From: Candidatus Doudnabacteria bacterium
GTDB taxonomy: Bacteria > Patescibacteriota > Doudnabacteria > UBA920 > 2-01-FULL-46-14
NCBI GenBank assembly: GCA_041497195.1
Contig: JBGQGB010000002.1
Coordinates: 44,140 to 108,139, forward strand
Direction: 5' to 3'
DNA: 64,000 nucleotides
Below, in pieces: positions 8,900 to 18,132 of the stretch. How positions within the stretch are numbered: the stretch's first letter is position 1; each line of letters starts with the position of its first letter. The notes below the pieces were generated by a model. That model was not told the origin of the DNA. It searched no databases and saw nothing but the letters and a program-made list of their open reading frames with translations. Both the position numbers and the translations under genes were made by a program.

Positions 8900-8923
8900 G
8901 GCGGCTTGGCGATAGCCAAGCCG
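8900..8923. other. Perfect 10-bp hairpin GCGGCTTGGC-GATA-GCCAAGCCGC lying 2 nt from the 5' end of the tRNA, with no U-tract
   Basis: Seen directly. Function unknown; it could be a processing or insulating element. Confidence 0.4.
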
Positions 8924-9052
8924 CTAAGAAACTGGCTTAATTATACTGAAAAAAACGATAGAAAACAATTGCCGGATTTTGCCGCGGCGGTTTGATTTGA
9001 CCGGGGTTTTGTTGTATCATGAGACCCGATGATCATCAGTCAAGGAGGAAGT

Positions 9053-9475
9053 ATGGATCAGACCACACAGGGCCAAGAACTGCCCCAGATTTCTGCGCAA
9101 GAACTTGCGCGCAGACACGAATCCATCCGTTTTGTCGGAAAGTATCTGGTCAAGGCCGGCAGGAACACGTCTGGGACGCTTCGGTATTTGGAAACGCGCC
9201 CGCCTGAAGACGGTTTCTGGGACATCAGATCCACAGAGCCTGCCAACGATCTGGAACCTCTGGCAACAATTACTACCCGGCATCCGGTGCGATGGAAGAC
9301 TGGAATGTTCGATCCCACGATCGGAGAATATCTCTCCCAGATTCCAGAGGAACTGGTGGAGCAAGTGGCAGCCGTGGGATACGGCAGCGACAATCTGCTC
9401 AAAGACGGCGACTTTCACATGATCAGCACGCATTTGTATAAATACAAAACAACTCCGCCGCCGAGAGCGGCATAA
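9053..9475 (+). CDS. Hypothetical protein
   Basis: The ORF has RBS AAGGAGGAAGT just upstream of ATG 9053. An upstream TTGATT-N17-TATCAT candidate promoter sits at about 8992-9020. Confidence 0.5.
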   Translation: MDQTTQGQELPQISAQELARRHESIRFVGKYLVKAGRNTSGTLRYLETRPPEDGFWDIRSTEPANDLEPLATITTRHPVRWKTGMFDPTIGEYLSQIPEELVEQVAAVGYGSDNLLKDGDFHMISTHLYKYKTTPPPRAA

Positions 9476-9577
9476 ATTGTGTCAGAAGTACGCAACGGCT
9501 CTGCCCGGGTTTTTCCCCAGGCAGAGCCGATTTTTTTGAAATATGGTATAATCAATCAAGCGAATTCCGATAAATTG

Positions 9578-10837
9578 ATGAAACCAAAAGTAAAAATAAA
9601 GACTTCCAAAACTCTCAAATTTCCCGCCGGCTTTCTCTGGGGAGCCGCCACTTCGTCCTACCAGGTGGAGGGCGGCATCAGCAACAACGACTGGGCCACG
9701 ACCAGGCGCGAGCCGCCAGCCGGGCTCGCGTGCGACCACTATCACCGCTATGAGGAGGATTTTCGGATAGCCAAAAAGCTTCATCACAACGCGCACCGCC
9801 TGTCCCTGGAGTGGAGCCGGATCGAGCCTGAGCGCGACGTCTGGGATGAAAACGAAATCCATCATTATTTCCACGTCCTGGAAAATTTGAAGCACCATGG
9901 CTTCACCACTTTCGTGACACTCCAGCATCTGACTCTGCCCGCGTGGTTTTCTGAGTCCGGCGGGATGGCGAACCAGAAAAATATCCAGGACTATGGGCAG
10001 TATGTCGCCAAAATCTGCCAAACCCTGGGCCAGTCCATTGATTTTTGGGTGACCATCAACGAACCGTCGATGCACGCCCTCATGGGCTATGGTCAAGGGA
10101 TGTGGCCGCCATTTCGGAAGAGCCGGGTCTCGCAACTGACGGTCTATCGCAATCTCCTCAATGCCCACAACGCCGCCTATGACATTATCCATGCTTATTA
10201 CCCGCACGCCCAGGTCGGGTTTGCCAACGGCATCGCCTACAGTGAGCCGGCGGGCCCGCGAAGTTTTATGGACAACCTAGTCAGCAATGTCGCGAATTGG
10301 GCCAGCATTGGTTATCCCTACACTCGGACCAAAAACGATTTCTTGGGAGTGAATTATTATTTCCACAACGTTTATCAGTTTCGGCATCTCTGGGTCAGAA
10401 AAATCGCCAAACCAGCGCGGGAGCGGCAGACAGACAAAGGCTGGGAAATATATCCGAATGGGCTGTATGAAGTTTTGCAAAAACTCGCCAAGTACAACAA
10501 ACCGATCTATGTCACCGAAAACGGCATTGCTGATGGGAGAGATCAGTACAGAGCGGAGTTTATACTGTCGCATCTGCGGGAACTGCGCCGGGCGATCGCA
10601 AACGGCGTGCCGGTATGGGGATACTTTTATTGGTCGCTTCTCGACAACTACGAGTGGCCGGTGCGCCGGGAGATCGAGAAAACAGGCTACGAGATGAAGT
10701 TTGGCCTGGTGGCAGTGGATTTTGAGCATGGACTGAGGCGGACGGTACGGCCGAGTGCCAAAATGTACGCGCAGATTTGCAAAACGAATGCTATCCCTGC
10801 GACTGTTTCGGGCGGTCGCCGAAAGGAGAGAGGATAA
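9578..10837 (+). CDS. Glycoside hydrolase family 1 beta-glucosidase
   Basis: GH1 signatures FLWGAATSSYQVEGG, the acid/base motif WVTINEP, and the nucleophile motif YVTENG. Confidence 0.85.
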   Translation: MKPKVKIKTSKTLKFPAGFLWGAATSSYQVEGGISNNDWATTRREPPAGLACDHYHRYEEDFRIAKKLHHNAHRLSLEWSRIEPERDVWDENEIHHYFHVLENLKHHGFTTFVTLQHLTLPAWFSESGGMANQKNIQDYGQYVAKICQTLGQSIDFWVTINEPSMHALMGYGQGMWPPFRKSRVSQLTVYRNLLNAHNAAYDIIHAYYPHAQVGFANGIAYSEPAGPRSFMDNLVSNVANWASIGYPYTRTKNDFLGVNYYFHNVYQFRHLWVRKIAKPARERQTDKGWEIYPNGLYEVLQKLAKYNKPIYVTENGIADGRDQYRAEFILSHLRELRRAIANGVPVWGYFYWSLLDNYEWPVRREIEKTGYEMKFGLVAVDFEHGLRRTVRPSAKMYAQICKTNAIPATVSGGRRKERG

Positions 10838-10839
10838 GT

Positions 10840-11142
10840 ATGCCCAGTAATACAACTTCCAGTTTGTTCTTTTATGTGTATGTTTTGGAAAGTCAAAAAG
10901 ATGGCAATAGGTATATCGGCTACACGTCCAATTTGAAACGGAGACTAAAAGAACATTCTGATGGCAGTTCCTTTGCGACTAAATACAGAAGGCCGTTCAA
11001 ACTAATATATTTTGAGGGATGCTTGGACGAACAAGATGCCAAGCGTAGAGAGAGATATTTAAAAACCACTCAAGGAAGAAGGTTTTTGGGTTTAAGATTA
11101 ATTGAGTACAAGCGGCAGGGAACGCTTGGCTCTGGAAGTTGA
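10840..11142 (+). CDS. GIY-YIG nuclease family small protein
   Basis: FFYVYVLESQKDGNRYIGYTSNLKRRLKEH matches the GIY-YIG core. AT-rich insert between the GH1 gene and the transporter gene. Confidence 0.7.
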   Translation: MPSNTTSSLFFYVYVLESQKDGNRYIGYTSNLKRRLKEHSDGSSFATKYRRPFKLIYFEGCLDEQDAKRRERYLKTTQGRRFLGLRLIEYKRQGTLGSGS

Positions 11143-11152
11143 TATACCAAGG

Positions 11153-12043
11153 ATGCTGTTTGTTTGGATTGCCATCGGCGCCTATTTCCTGTTCGCGGTC
11201 AACGGCGTCATCGACAAATTTTTACTAAGCAAAGTCGTCCGGCACCCGGTCGCCTATGCTTTTTATATTGGCATCACCGGCCCGTTGACTTGGGTGCTCG
11301 CCCCGTTTGGACTCAAATTTTTATCAATACCTGACCTGGCCATCGCCATCGCGGGGGGGGCGGCATTCGTCGGCGGGCTGACTTTTCTCTACATCGCCAC
11401 GCTGAAGACGACCATCTCGCGCCTGCTGCCGATCGAGGGGGGATTGGTCCCGTTTTTCACCCTGATTCTGGCTTATTTCATTCTCGGCGAGCGACTCTCG
11501 ACCATACAGGGATTTGCTTTTGCTTTTTTGGTGGCGGGCGCAGTGCTCATCTCTATCAAGAAAGACAAACAAGGATACCATCCCGCCGCGCTTCTCAACG
11601 CCGTTTTTGCCGCTTTCCTTTTTGCCCTGTCGTTTACGCTCACCAAATATATATTTGATAGAACGAATTTCGTCTCTGGTCTCATCTGGACCCGGCTCGG
11701 CTTCCTGGCCGTGTCCCTGGCATTCCTCATTCCGCGGCGCTCCCGGCGGTATATTTTCGAAGCGCCCAAAGAGGCCTCGCCGGCCAATAAACTTTTGTAC
11801 TACGGTGCCAGACTCTCCGGCGGCTTGGCCGGACTGATGCAAAACTATGCCATCTCCATCGGCAGCGTGATTTTGGTCAACGCCCTCCAGGGAAGTCAGT
11901 ACGCGATACTGCTGGTGATGACCACCATCCTCTCTAAATATCACCCGAAAATTCTCAAAGAAAAAATCAGCGCCAGTATTTTGACGCAAAAAATCGCGGC
12001 CATCGTCCTCATTACCGGGGGATTAGTATTACTCACCCTCTAA
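11153..12043 (+). CDS. EamA/DMT-superfamily-like 10-TM permease
   Basis: About ten hydrophobic helices arranged as two 5-TM halves. Confidence 0.5.
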   Translation: MLFVWIAIGAYFLFAVNGVIDKFLLSKVVRHPVAYAFYIGITGPLTWVLAPFGLKFLSIPDLAIAIAGGAAFVGGLTFLYIATLKTTISRLLPIEGGLVPFFTLILAYFILGERLSTIQGFAFAFLVAGAVLISIKKDKQGYHPAALLNAVFAAFLFALSFTLTKYIFDRTNFVSGLIWTRLGFLAVSLAFLIPRRSRRYIFEAPKEASPANKLLYYGARLSGGLAGLMQNYAISIGSVILVNALQGSQYAILLVMTTILSKYHPKILKEKISASILTQKIAAIVLITGGLVLLTL

Positions 12044-12044
12044 C

Positions 12045-13076
12045 ATGCCCAGCAAGCACGCGGCCAAACACAGCTGGCTCAAGACGGCGGCCAAAATCTT
12101 TTTGGCCATCGTCTTGGTGCTGGCAGGACTCGCCCTGTTTTTTTATTACCGTTTTCAGCCGACGCCCCAGCCGGGCTGGGGCCTGAATTTTTCGCCGGAG
12201 CAGGCAGAGTATTTAGGTTTCGCTCCAGAACCGCTTTTTCGTCAGATGCTCGACGATTTCCGACCGCCCAGCCTCCGTCTGACCGCGTATTGGGAGACAC
12301 TGGAGCCGACGCCGGGCAAATTTGATTTCTCGAGTATTGACGCGATGCTGCGAGAAACAGACAAGCGGGGGACCAAAGTGATCCTGGTTTTGGGCCACAA
12401 ACAGCCGCGCTGGCCGGAATGCCATCACCCGACCTGGTACGAGAAGCTGTCGCCCGCCGCGCAGTCCGGAGCCGTGCTCACCATGCTCAGGAGCGCAGTC
12501 GAACATTTCAAACAATTTTCTTCCATCCAGGCGTGGCAGATTGAAAACGAGCCGTTTTTTCCTTATGGCCCGAACTGTCCGGCTGTTCCCGCGGGTTTGT
12601 TTGTCCAGGAGCTGGCCTTGGTCAAGAGTCTGGACCTGCGGCCTCTGGTTGCCACTGACAGCGGGGAAAAAGGAGCGTGGCTGCCGACGGTGTGGGCGGG
12701 CGCGGATATTTTTGGGTCCACGATGTATCGGACTGTTTATCAGAATAAACAGGGAAAATATCTCACTTATCCGATTCCGCCAGCGCTCTACCGAATCCGC
12801 GCTGGTATCCTCGAGACGTTTTCCGGGGTGAGAGAGGTGTTCAATGTCGAGCTACAGGCCGAGCCGTGGTTTGCGACCAGCCCTTTTGACACTCCCTGGG
12901 AGAAACAGGCGGCGCTGATGAATCCGGGGCTTTTTGCCGAGTATGTCGACTACGCGCGGCAGGTTGGATTTGCAGAAAATTATTTTTGGGGCGTAGAATG
13001 GTGGTACTGGGCTTTTGTCCAGGGGCATCCGGAAATGTGGCAGACAGCAAAGGACTTCTTTCAAAAAAATTCTTGA
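12045..13076 (+). CDS. Membrane-anchored clan GH-A (TIM-barrel) glycoside hydrolase, GH5-like
   Basis: N-terminal TM anchor and the conserved acid/base motif AWQIENEP. Confidence 0.55.
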   Translation: MPSKHAAKHSWLKTAAKIFLAIVLVLAGLALFFYYRFQPTPQPGWGLNFSPEQAEYLGFAPEPLFRQMLDDFRPPSLRLTAYWETLEPTPGKFDFSSIDAMLRETDKRGTKVILVLGHKQPRWPECHHPTWYEKLSPAAQSGAVLTMLRSAVEHFKQFSSIQAWQIENEPFFPYGPNCPAVPAGLFVQELALVKSLDLRPLVATDSGEKGAWLPTVWAGADIFGSTMYRTVYQNKQGKYLTYPIPPALYRIRAGILETFSGVREVFNVELQAEPWFATSPFDTPWEKQAALMNPGLFAEYVDYARQVGFAENYFWGVEWWYWAFVQGHPEMWQTAKDFFQKNS

Positions 13077-13192
13077 AACCAAATGACTAATTCCCCCAAG
13101 TCTTACATCGGACTCGACCCGGCCTTCACCGCCCTTTGCGGTTATGGCGGGCGGGAGTCGGATTGCCGGCAGTATTTCTGTCTAATAACGAC

Positions 13193-14053
13193 ATGATCAA
13201 ACGCAAAGCTCAATACATTGGAATAGACATCGGCGGGTCAAAAATTGACAGTATTCTGTGGGAGAACGGACGTACTACCCGCAACCTCAAAAGCCGCACG
13301 CCCAAGTCGCGCCGGAAATTTTTGGCGTGCGTCTTGGATTTGGTCAAAGAACTCTCTATCGGAAAAAACGTCGCCGGCGTCGGAGTCTCGGTGGCCGGCG
13401 CGATCAATTTGAAACAAGGAAAAATTCTTCGGAGCCCCAACCTGCGATTTTTGAAAAATTTCGGGATGCGAAGCTGGCTTCACAGCCGGACTAAAAAGCC
13501 GGTTCGCGTGGATAATGACGCCAAAGCTTTTTTGCGCGCGGAAATGGTTTTTGGCGCGGCGCGTGGGAAAGCAAGGGTAGTGGCACTCACTCTCGGCACT
13601 GGCGTCGGAGGAGCGGTCGCAATCAATGGCCAAATTTTGCGAGGGGTGCACAATTCGGCTTTTGAACTGGGTCATATCATCATTGCTCAAAAAGGCGACA
13701 AAGCTTTGACCCTGGAGGATTTAGTGAGCAGTCGTGGGTTTTTTCGGCTCGGCGTGCGCCAGCCGTTGGACGCCCAGAATAAAGGCTTCGCCGGGGAGCG
13801 CCACAGTATCCGCGTATACGAAGAGATAGGAAAATATTTAGGCAGAGGGCTGGCCAGCCTGGTGAATATATTTGATCCGGATCTAATTGTTTTGGGCGGC
13901 GGGATTTCCAGAGCAGACTACCTTTTGCGGAGGCCTGCCTTAAAAGAGATGCGTAAATATGTTTTGTCGTCTCTAAAAGCTTTGCCGCATGTAGAAATTT
14001 CTAAATTGAAACACGCGGCTGCTCTGGGTGCTGTGAGTTTGTTCCTGTCTTGA
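13193..14053 (+). CDS. ROK family sugar kinase (glucokinase-like)
   Basis: IGIDIGGSKI phosphate-1 motif, DNDAKAF, and GTGVGGAVAING. Confidence 0.8.
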   Translation: MIKRKAQYIGIDIGGSKIDSILWENGRTTRNLKSRTPKSRRKFLACVLDLVKELSIGKNVAGVGVSVAGAINLKQGKILRSPNLRFLKNFGMRSWLHSRTKKPVRVDNDAKAFLRAEMVFGAARGKARVVALTLGTGVGGAVAINGQILRGVHNSAFELGHIIIAQKGDKALTLEDLVSSRGFFRLGVRQPLDAQNKGFAGERHSIRVYEEIGKYLGRGLASLVNIFDPDLIVLGGGISRADYLLRRPALKEMRKYVLSSLKALPHVEISKLKHAAALGAVSLFLS

Positions 14054-14084
14054 AAGCTTGAGGCTGGTAATGTTGCGGATAAAC

Positions 14085-14120
14085 AAAAACGCCCGTCTAA
14101 GGGGCGCTTTTTGTTTTTTG
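14085..14120. terminator. Intrinsic terminator: short GC stem (CGCCC/GGGCG), 7-nt loop, T-tract
   Basis: AAAACGCCCGTCTAAGGGGCGCTTTTTGTTTTTT lies downstream of the ROK gene. Confidence 0.55.
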
Positions 14121-14210
14121 ATCTTTTCAGATCTCTGCTGCATTTATTATGACGGGTGAGGTCGTGTTTTGTTACACTCCTGCGTCCCGACTTGTCGGGA
14201 CTTTGGAGTG

Positions 14211-14822
14211 CTACGCATTGTTTAACATATCATCTTTTGCCTTTGCTCTAGGGAGATTTTCCGTATTTGCAGGACTGGCGGAGCCGTCCGTGTTCGTTAC
14301 AAAACCTTCCGGCGGTTTGACCGAGGCAGTGAGCTCAGTAAAATCGGGCAAATCTTTCATATCTTTGAGTCCCAGGTGTTGCATGAACTCGTGCGTGGTG
14401 CGATAGAGATTGACCCGGAAATCCTGGTGGCTCTGCTGCCGCTCCACCAGCCCGCGCATCAGGAGGAGGCGCAAGGTGTATTGGGAGTTGACTCCGCGAA
14501 TCGCTTCGATTTCCGCGCGGCTGACCGGCTGTTTGTAAGTGACAATGGCGAGAGTTTCCAGGGCCGCGTCAGTGAGCTTTTCCCGCAGTTCCATGCTCAA
14601 GAATTCTTTGACCGCAGGCGAATTTTCCGGCGTTGTGGACATCAGGTAGCTGTCCCCCTGTTTCAGAATGACTACCCCTGAGTCTTTATGGGAAGCTATG
14701 AGGGCGGCAATTGCCGCGTCGATGTCCTCGGCAGTTTTTCCCGTCGTTTTTTCCAGCTCCTTGCGCGAGACTGGCCGCCCAGCCACAAATAGGATTGATT
14801 CGATTGTTGATTTGAGATCCAC
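14211..14822 (-). CDS. scpB: Segregation and condensation protein B
   Basis: ScpB N-terminal signature IESILFVAGRPVSRKEL and tandem winged-helix layout. Confidence 0.8.
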   Translation of the reverse strand: MDLKSTIESILFVAGRPVSRKELEKTTGKTAEDIDAAIAALIASHKDSGVVILKQGDSYLMSTTPENSPAVKEFLSMELREKLTDAALETLAIVTYKQPVSRAEIEAIRGVNSQYTLRLLLMRGLVERQQSHQDFRVNLYRTTHEFMQHLGLKDMKDLPDFTELTASVKPPEGFVTNTDGSASPANTENLPRAKAKDDMLNNA

Positions 14823-14827
14823 GAGAT

Positions 14828-15043
14828 TTAAATAATTATTCCTATTATAATCAAAATCGCGCCGATGATAAATAAACTCATATTCGGCCCGGCAAAACGG
14901 ATGAGCTCTGCTTTTTCCGGCTTCACCCGCTGCGGGGTGACGAGGCCTTCATTGATGAGTCTCTGCACAATCGGCTCCCGCAGCCGGGGGTTCGCACTGA
15001 CGCAGACGAGCAAGCCGAAGATGATGAGGATGGTTCGGGGCAT
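14828..15043 (-). CDS. Small two-TM hydrophobic protein inserted between scpA and scpB
   Basis: 71-aa ORF with two hydrophobic helices. Packed at 5-6 nt from its neighbours. Confidence 0.4.
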   Translation of the reverse strand: MPRTILIIFGLLVCVSANPRLREPIVQRLINEGLVTPQRVKPEKAELIRFAGPNMSLFIIGAILIIIGIII

Positions 15044-15048
15044 TTGCG

Positions 15049-15744
15049 CTAACGTTTTTTAATAATGATGTCCGCAAAGGTTGCCTCCTGTTCGACAGTG
15101 AGGATTTTTTGCTTGACCAGTTCCAGGAGCGCCAGAAATGTTACGATGATTTCAGTTTTGGATTTGGCCATTGCTAGCAGTTCCTCCAGCTTGAGCTCGA
15201 TTTTTTCGTGAATGAGTTTCTGCAAGTGCTCGATTTTTTCCGTGATCGTCACTACTTCTTCGAGCATTTTTTTGGGCAGGCGGGTGATTTCCTCGAGGGT
15301 TTTGGCCAGATGGCGCATCGTGTCCCTGAGTGCAGCAGTGGTGGCGCCCGGGTCAGGGTAAAAGCTGATTTTTTCCACAAAGGCGGTATGCCGGCCCCAG
15401 CTTTGCCGCCGGCGTCCGTCCAGCTTGCCCAAGGAGCGGGCGGCTTCTTTGTAGATTTTATACTGGTAGAGTTGCCAGGCCAGATTGGTCGCATCTTGTT
15501 CTTCTTCCTGGCCGAGACTCAAGGCCGGCAGGAGGGCTTTGGATTTGATGACTAGGAGTTTGGCTGCTACTACCAGCCAATCGGCTAGTTCCTGTGGTTT
15601 GAGGTGCGCTTGGCCGCGCATATGCGCGAGAAACTGTTCAGTCACCGTGGCCAGGGAGATTTGCGTGATTTCCAGTTTTTGTTCCTCAATGAGAGAGAGC
15701 AGCAGATCAAGCGGGCCCTCAAACTGCTGAATTTTGATTTGCAT
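15049..15744 (-). CDS. scpA: Segregation and condensation protein A
   Basis: N-terminus FEGPLDLLLSLIEEQKLEITQISLATVTEQF is the ScpA signature. Confidence 0.8.
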   Translation of the reverse strand: MQIKIQQFEGPLDLLLSLIEEQKLEITQISLATVTEQFLAHMRGQAHLKPQELADWLVVAAKLLVIKSKALLPALSLGQEEEQDATNLAWQLYQYKIYKEAARSLGKLDGRRRQSWGRHTAFVEKISFYPDPGATTAALRDTMRHLAKTLEEITRLPKKMLEEVVTITEKIEHLQKLIHEKIELKLEELLAMAKSKTEIIVTFLALLELVKQKILTVEQEATFADIIIKKR

Positions 15745-15756
15745 TGCCGGGACGGA

Positions 15757-16221
15757 TTATTTTTTGGTTTTGGAAAAGATACCCTTGATCGGAGTGGTAA
15801 GTTTTTCAAAATCCTTGAGTGCCACCTCGATTGATTCTGTGTAGGACCCGGCGGAAGCGATCAGCTTTTTGGATTTGGCCACGGCCTTGTCCAGCAGCGT
15901 CGGGATTTTATAAAGATTGCCGAAAGGGTGCAGCAGGCCGATTTTGGTTTTGAGGTAGCGGGCCATATCCGCTTCCTTGGCCATCATCACTTTTTTGGCC
16001 TTGAGCGTTTTGCCGACTGCTTTGAAATCCACGTATTTACTGGCTGGAACTACCACGATGGCCCAGCCTTGGTCGACCTTGAGGAGTACGGTCTTGGCCA
16101 ATTCCTGAAGTTTTTTCTTTTGCGTCTGTGCTTCGTCGTGGGCGGTGTAGACGACCTTGTGCGTCAAAGTCTTGAACTTGGTCTTGCTTTGTTTCAGAAA
16201 TTTTTCGAGAGTTTTGTCCAT
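15757..16221 (-). CDS. ybaK: YbaK/ProX-family aminoacyl-tRNA deacylase
   Basis: Length, layout and the HPFGN motif. Start moved to MDKTLEKF. Confidence 0.6.
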   Translation of the reverse strand: MDKTLEKFLKQSKTKFKTLTHKVVYTAHDEAQTQKKKLQELAKTVLLKVDQGWAIVVVPASKYVDFKAVGKTLKAKKVMMAKEADMARYLKTKIGLLHPFGNLYKIPTLLDKAVAKSKKLIASAGSYTESIEVALKDFEKLTTPIKGIFSKTKK

Positions 16222-16241
16222 GGGGGTTTTGTTAATTATGA

Positions 16242-16559
16242 TTATTTTCGTCTGAGCAGTCTGCTGAATACTGTCTGTAGGATGATGCCCAAGACAGTCA
16301 TCGGGATTAGGATGGCGAAGATGAGCTGGACCGCGTCTGCCGCGAACAGCTGGATGATGAATTTCCACCAAGGCAGGCATTGATAGTAGGCGACGTATTT
16401 GAAGCAAAATATTTCAAAGGTTATGGCCGCGTAAATCGCCAGCCCGATGAGAAGTAGTATGGCCAGGCCGCCGCCGACCAGGGCGCCGCGCTGCCAGTGC
16501 GGCATTGATAGCCACCAGGTTTTGAATTGGTTCTTGTTAGACTTTGTTTTTGGGGACAT
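16242..16559 (-). CDS. Hypothetical membrane protein
   Basis: Two or three hydrophobic segments. Confidence 0.4.
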   Translation of the reverse strand: MSPKTKSNKNQFKTWWLSMPHWQRGALVGGGLAILLLIGLAIYAAITFEIFCFKYVAYYQCLPWWKFIIQLFAADAVQLIFAILIPMTVLGIILQTVFSRLLRRK

Positions 16560-17937
16560 CGATTTTGATATGTAGTTCTTTTAATTGTTTAGGGTCGACT
16601 TCAGAGGGAGCCGCCATGACCGAGGTGGTGCCGGAAGAGGTGACGGGAAAAGACATGACTTCGCGGATATTTTCTTCATGGGCAAAAATCATGGTGAGCC
16701 TGTCGACGCCGACCGCAATGCCGGCGTGCGGAGGTGCGGCATATTCATAAGCGTTCAGTAGATGGCCGAATCGTTCTTCGGTTTGCTCCGGGGTCAGTCC
16801 CATGATTTTGAAGATTTGGCGCTGCAGTTTCGGATCGGAGATGCGGACCCCGCCGCTTCCGAGCTCGAACCCATTACAGACCAGATCGTATTGCTGCGCG
16901 TGGAGGGAGCCGAGGTCTTTTTCTTGGTAAACTTTTTCCACATCCTCCGGCCTGGGGGCAGAAAAAGGATTGTGGGCGAAAGTGAAATGCTTTGTTTCCT
17001 CCTCCCACTCAAAAAGCGGCATGTCTGTGACCCAAGCAAAGGCCAGTGTGTCGGGGTCGGATTTATCGGAGCGTAGGTCAAATTTGTCGGCGCCGAATTC
17101 TTTCATGGCTTCCTTGTAAGTGTAGCGCGGAAAAGGTTTTTTCCAAACTTTTTTGCCGGTGTTTTCTGTGAGGTGGATCATCAGTCCCTCAATGAGCTCG
17201 AGTACTCCCTCTTCCCCGGTGTAAGATATTTCCACATCGATTTGCGTGTGTTCCAGCTGGCGGTCGCCGCGCAGGTCCTCGTCCCGCAGCGCCTTGGCGA
17301 TCTGGTAATAGCGCTCGAGGCCGGCGATCATCAGAAGCTGCTTGTACTGCTGCGGAGCTTGGGGTAGGGCGTAAAATTTTCCGGGCTGCAGTCGCGAGGG
17401 CACCAGAAAATCGCGCGCGCCTTCGGGTGAAGTTTTGGTGAGGAGTGGGGTTTCGACTTCGGTAAAATTTCGGTCGTTCAGATAGCCGCGCGTCAACGTT
17501 ACCAGTTTGTGTCGCAGTTTGAGATTGGCAGTCATTCGCGGGCTGCGCAGATCTAAGTATCGGTATTTCAGCCTGGTTTCTTCATTGACTTTTTTGGTGT
17601 CCGCCAGTTCAAATGGCAGGGGTTTGGCCACGCTCAAGATTTTCAGTTCCTGAGCCTCCACCTCGACCGTGCCGGTGGCGAGATTTGGATTGACCAGCTT
17701 GTCTGGGCGCTTGTTCACTGGGCCTGAGATTTCCACAACGAATTCATTCCGGATTTTTCGCGCCTGTTCATGCGCTTGGGGCGCGACTTTGGGATTGACC
17801 ACGACTTGGACCAGGCCGGTGACGTCGCGGATATCGAGAAAAATCAATTTGCCGTGGTCGCGGCGCACATCCACAAACCCGGCTATGGTGATTTTGTTGC
17901 CAATCTGTCCGACAGTATCTTTGATATAAGTTCGCAT
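16537..17937 (-). CDS. aspS: Aspartate--tRNA ligase, bacterial-type lacking the GAD insertion domain
   Basis: OB-fold N-terminus, motif 2 FRDEDLRGDRQLEHTQIDVE (Asp-specific), motif 3 GIAVGVDRLTM. At 466 aa there is no GAD insert. Confidence 0.85.
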   Translation of the reverse strand: MRTYIKDTVGQIGNKITIAGFVDVRRDHGKLIFLDIRDVTGLVQVVVNPKVAPQAHEQARKIRNEFVVEISGPVNKRPDKLVNPNLATGTVEVEAQELKILSVAKPLPFELADTKKVNEETRLKYRYLDLRSPRMTANLKLRHKLVTLTRGYLNDRNFTEVETPLLTKTSPEGARDFLVPSRLQPGKFYALPQAPQQYKQLLMIAGLERYYQIAKALRDEDLRGDRQLEHTQIDVEISYTGEEGVLELIEGLMIHLTENTGKKVWKKPFPRYTYKEAMKEFGADKFDLRSDKSDPDTLAFAWVTDMPLFEWEEETKHFTFAHNPFSAPRPEDVEKVYQEKDLGSLHAQQYDLVCNGFELGSGGVRISDPKLQRQIFKIMGLTPEQTEERFGHLLNAYEYAAPPHAGIAVGVDRLTMIFAHEENIREVMSFPVTSSGTTSVMAAPSEVDPKQLKELHIKIDVPKNKV

Positions 17938-18132
17938 CGTATGTTTTTTAGTAAGTTGTGCCCCGTGTCACCTTTAGACCTCCTCGCGGCGAAGTAATTG
18001 CGGTTCCATCCACCTTATGAGAATAAACTAAGGAATCGGCTGCCGATGGTACTGGATAAATATGCCGTAACTATAGCAAAAACCCGCGGTTTTGAAAAAC
18101 CTTTATCTGTTATATACTAGGCTTATATATTT

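Noticed and set aside
8671-8919. 82-aa ORF on the minus strand overlapping the tRNA-Glu
   Set aside because: It overlaps a well-folding tRNA and the GIY-YIG gene. No coding features.
9017-9433. 138-aa minus-strand ORF
   Set aside because: It fully overlaps the plus-strand ORF 9053..9475, which has a proper RBS. The minus-strand product is low complexity.
9536-9552. -35-like TTGAAA upstream of the GH1 gene
   Set aside because: It lies only 5 nt from the TATAAT, so it cannot act as a -35. The TGgTATAAT extended -10 alone is the more likely element.
9482-10207. 241-aa ORF antisense to the GH1 gene. Similar long antisense ORFs occur at 11324..11989, 34784..35455, 43844..44455, 49173..49835, 52167..52724, 55817..56368, 58530..59027 and 60578..61117.
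   Set aside because: Each lies entirely inside a well-supported conserved gene on the opposite strand. Their products have low-complexity, Arg/Pro/Gly-rich composition typical of spurious ORFs in a 55%-GC genome.
14149-14406. 85-aa plus-strand ORF in the ROK/scpB intergenic region
   Set aside because: It overlaps the scpB 3' end antisense and spans two hairpins. No coding signal.
18083-18100. AAAACCCGCGGGTTTT palindrome upstream of aspS as a regulatory hairpin
   Set aside because: The stem is mostly A-T with a CCGCGG core. No accompanying conserved leader structure.
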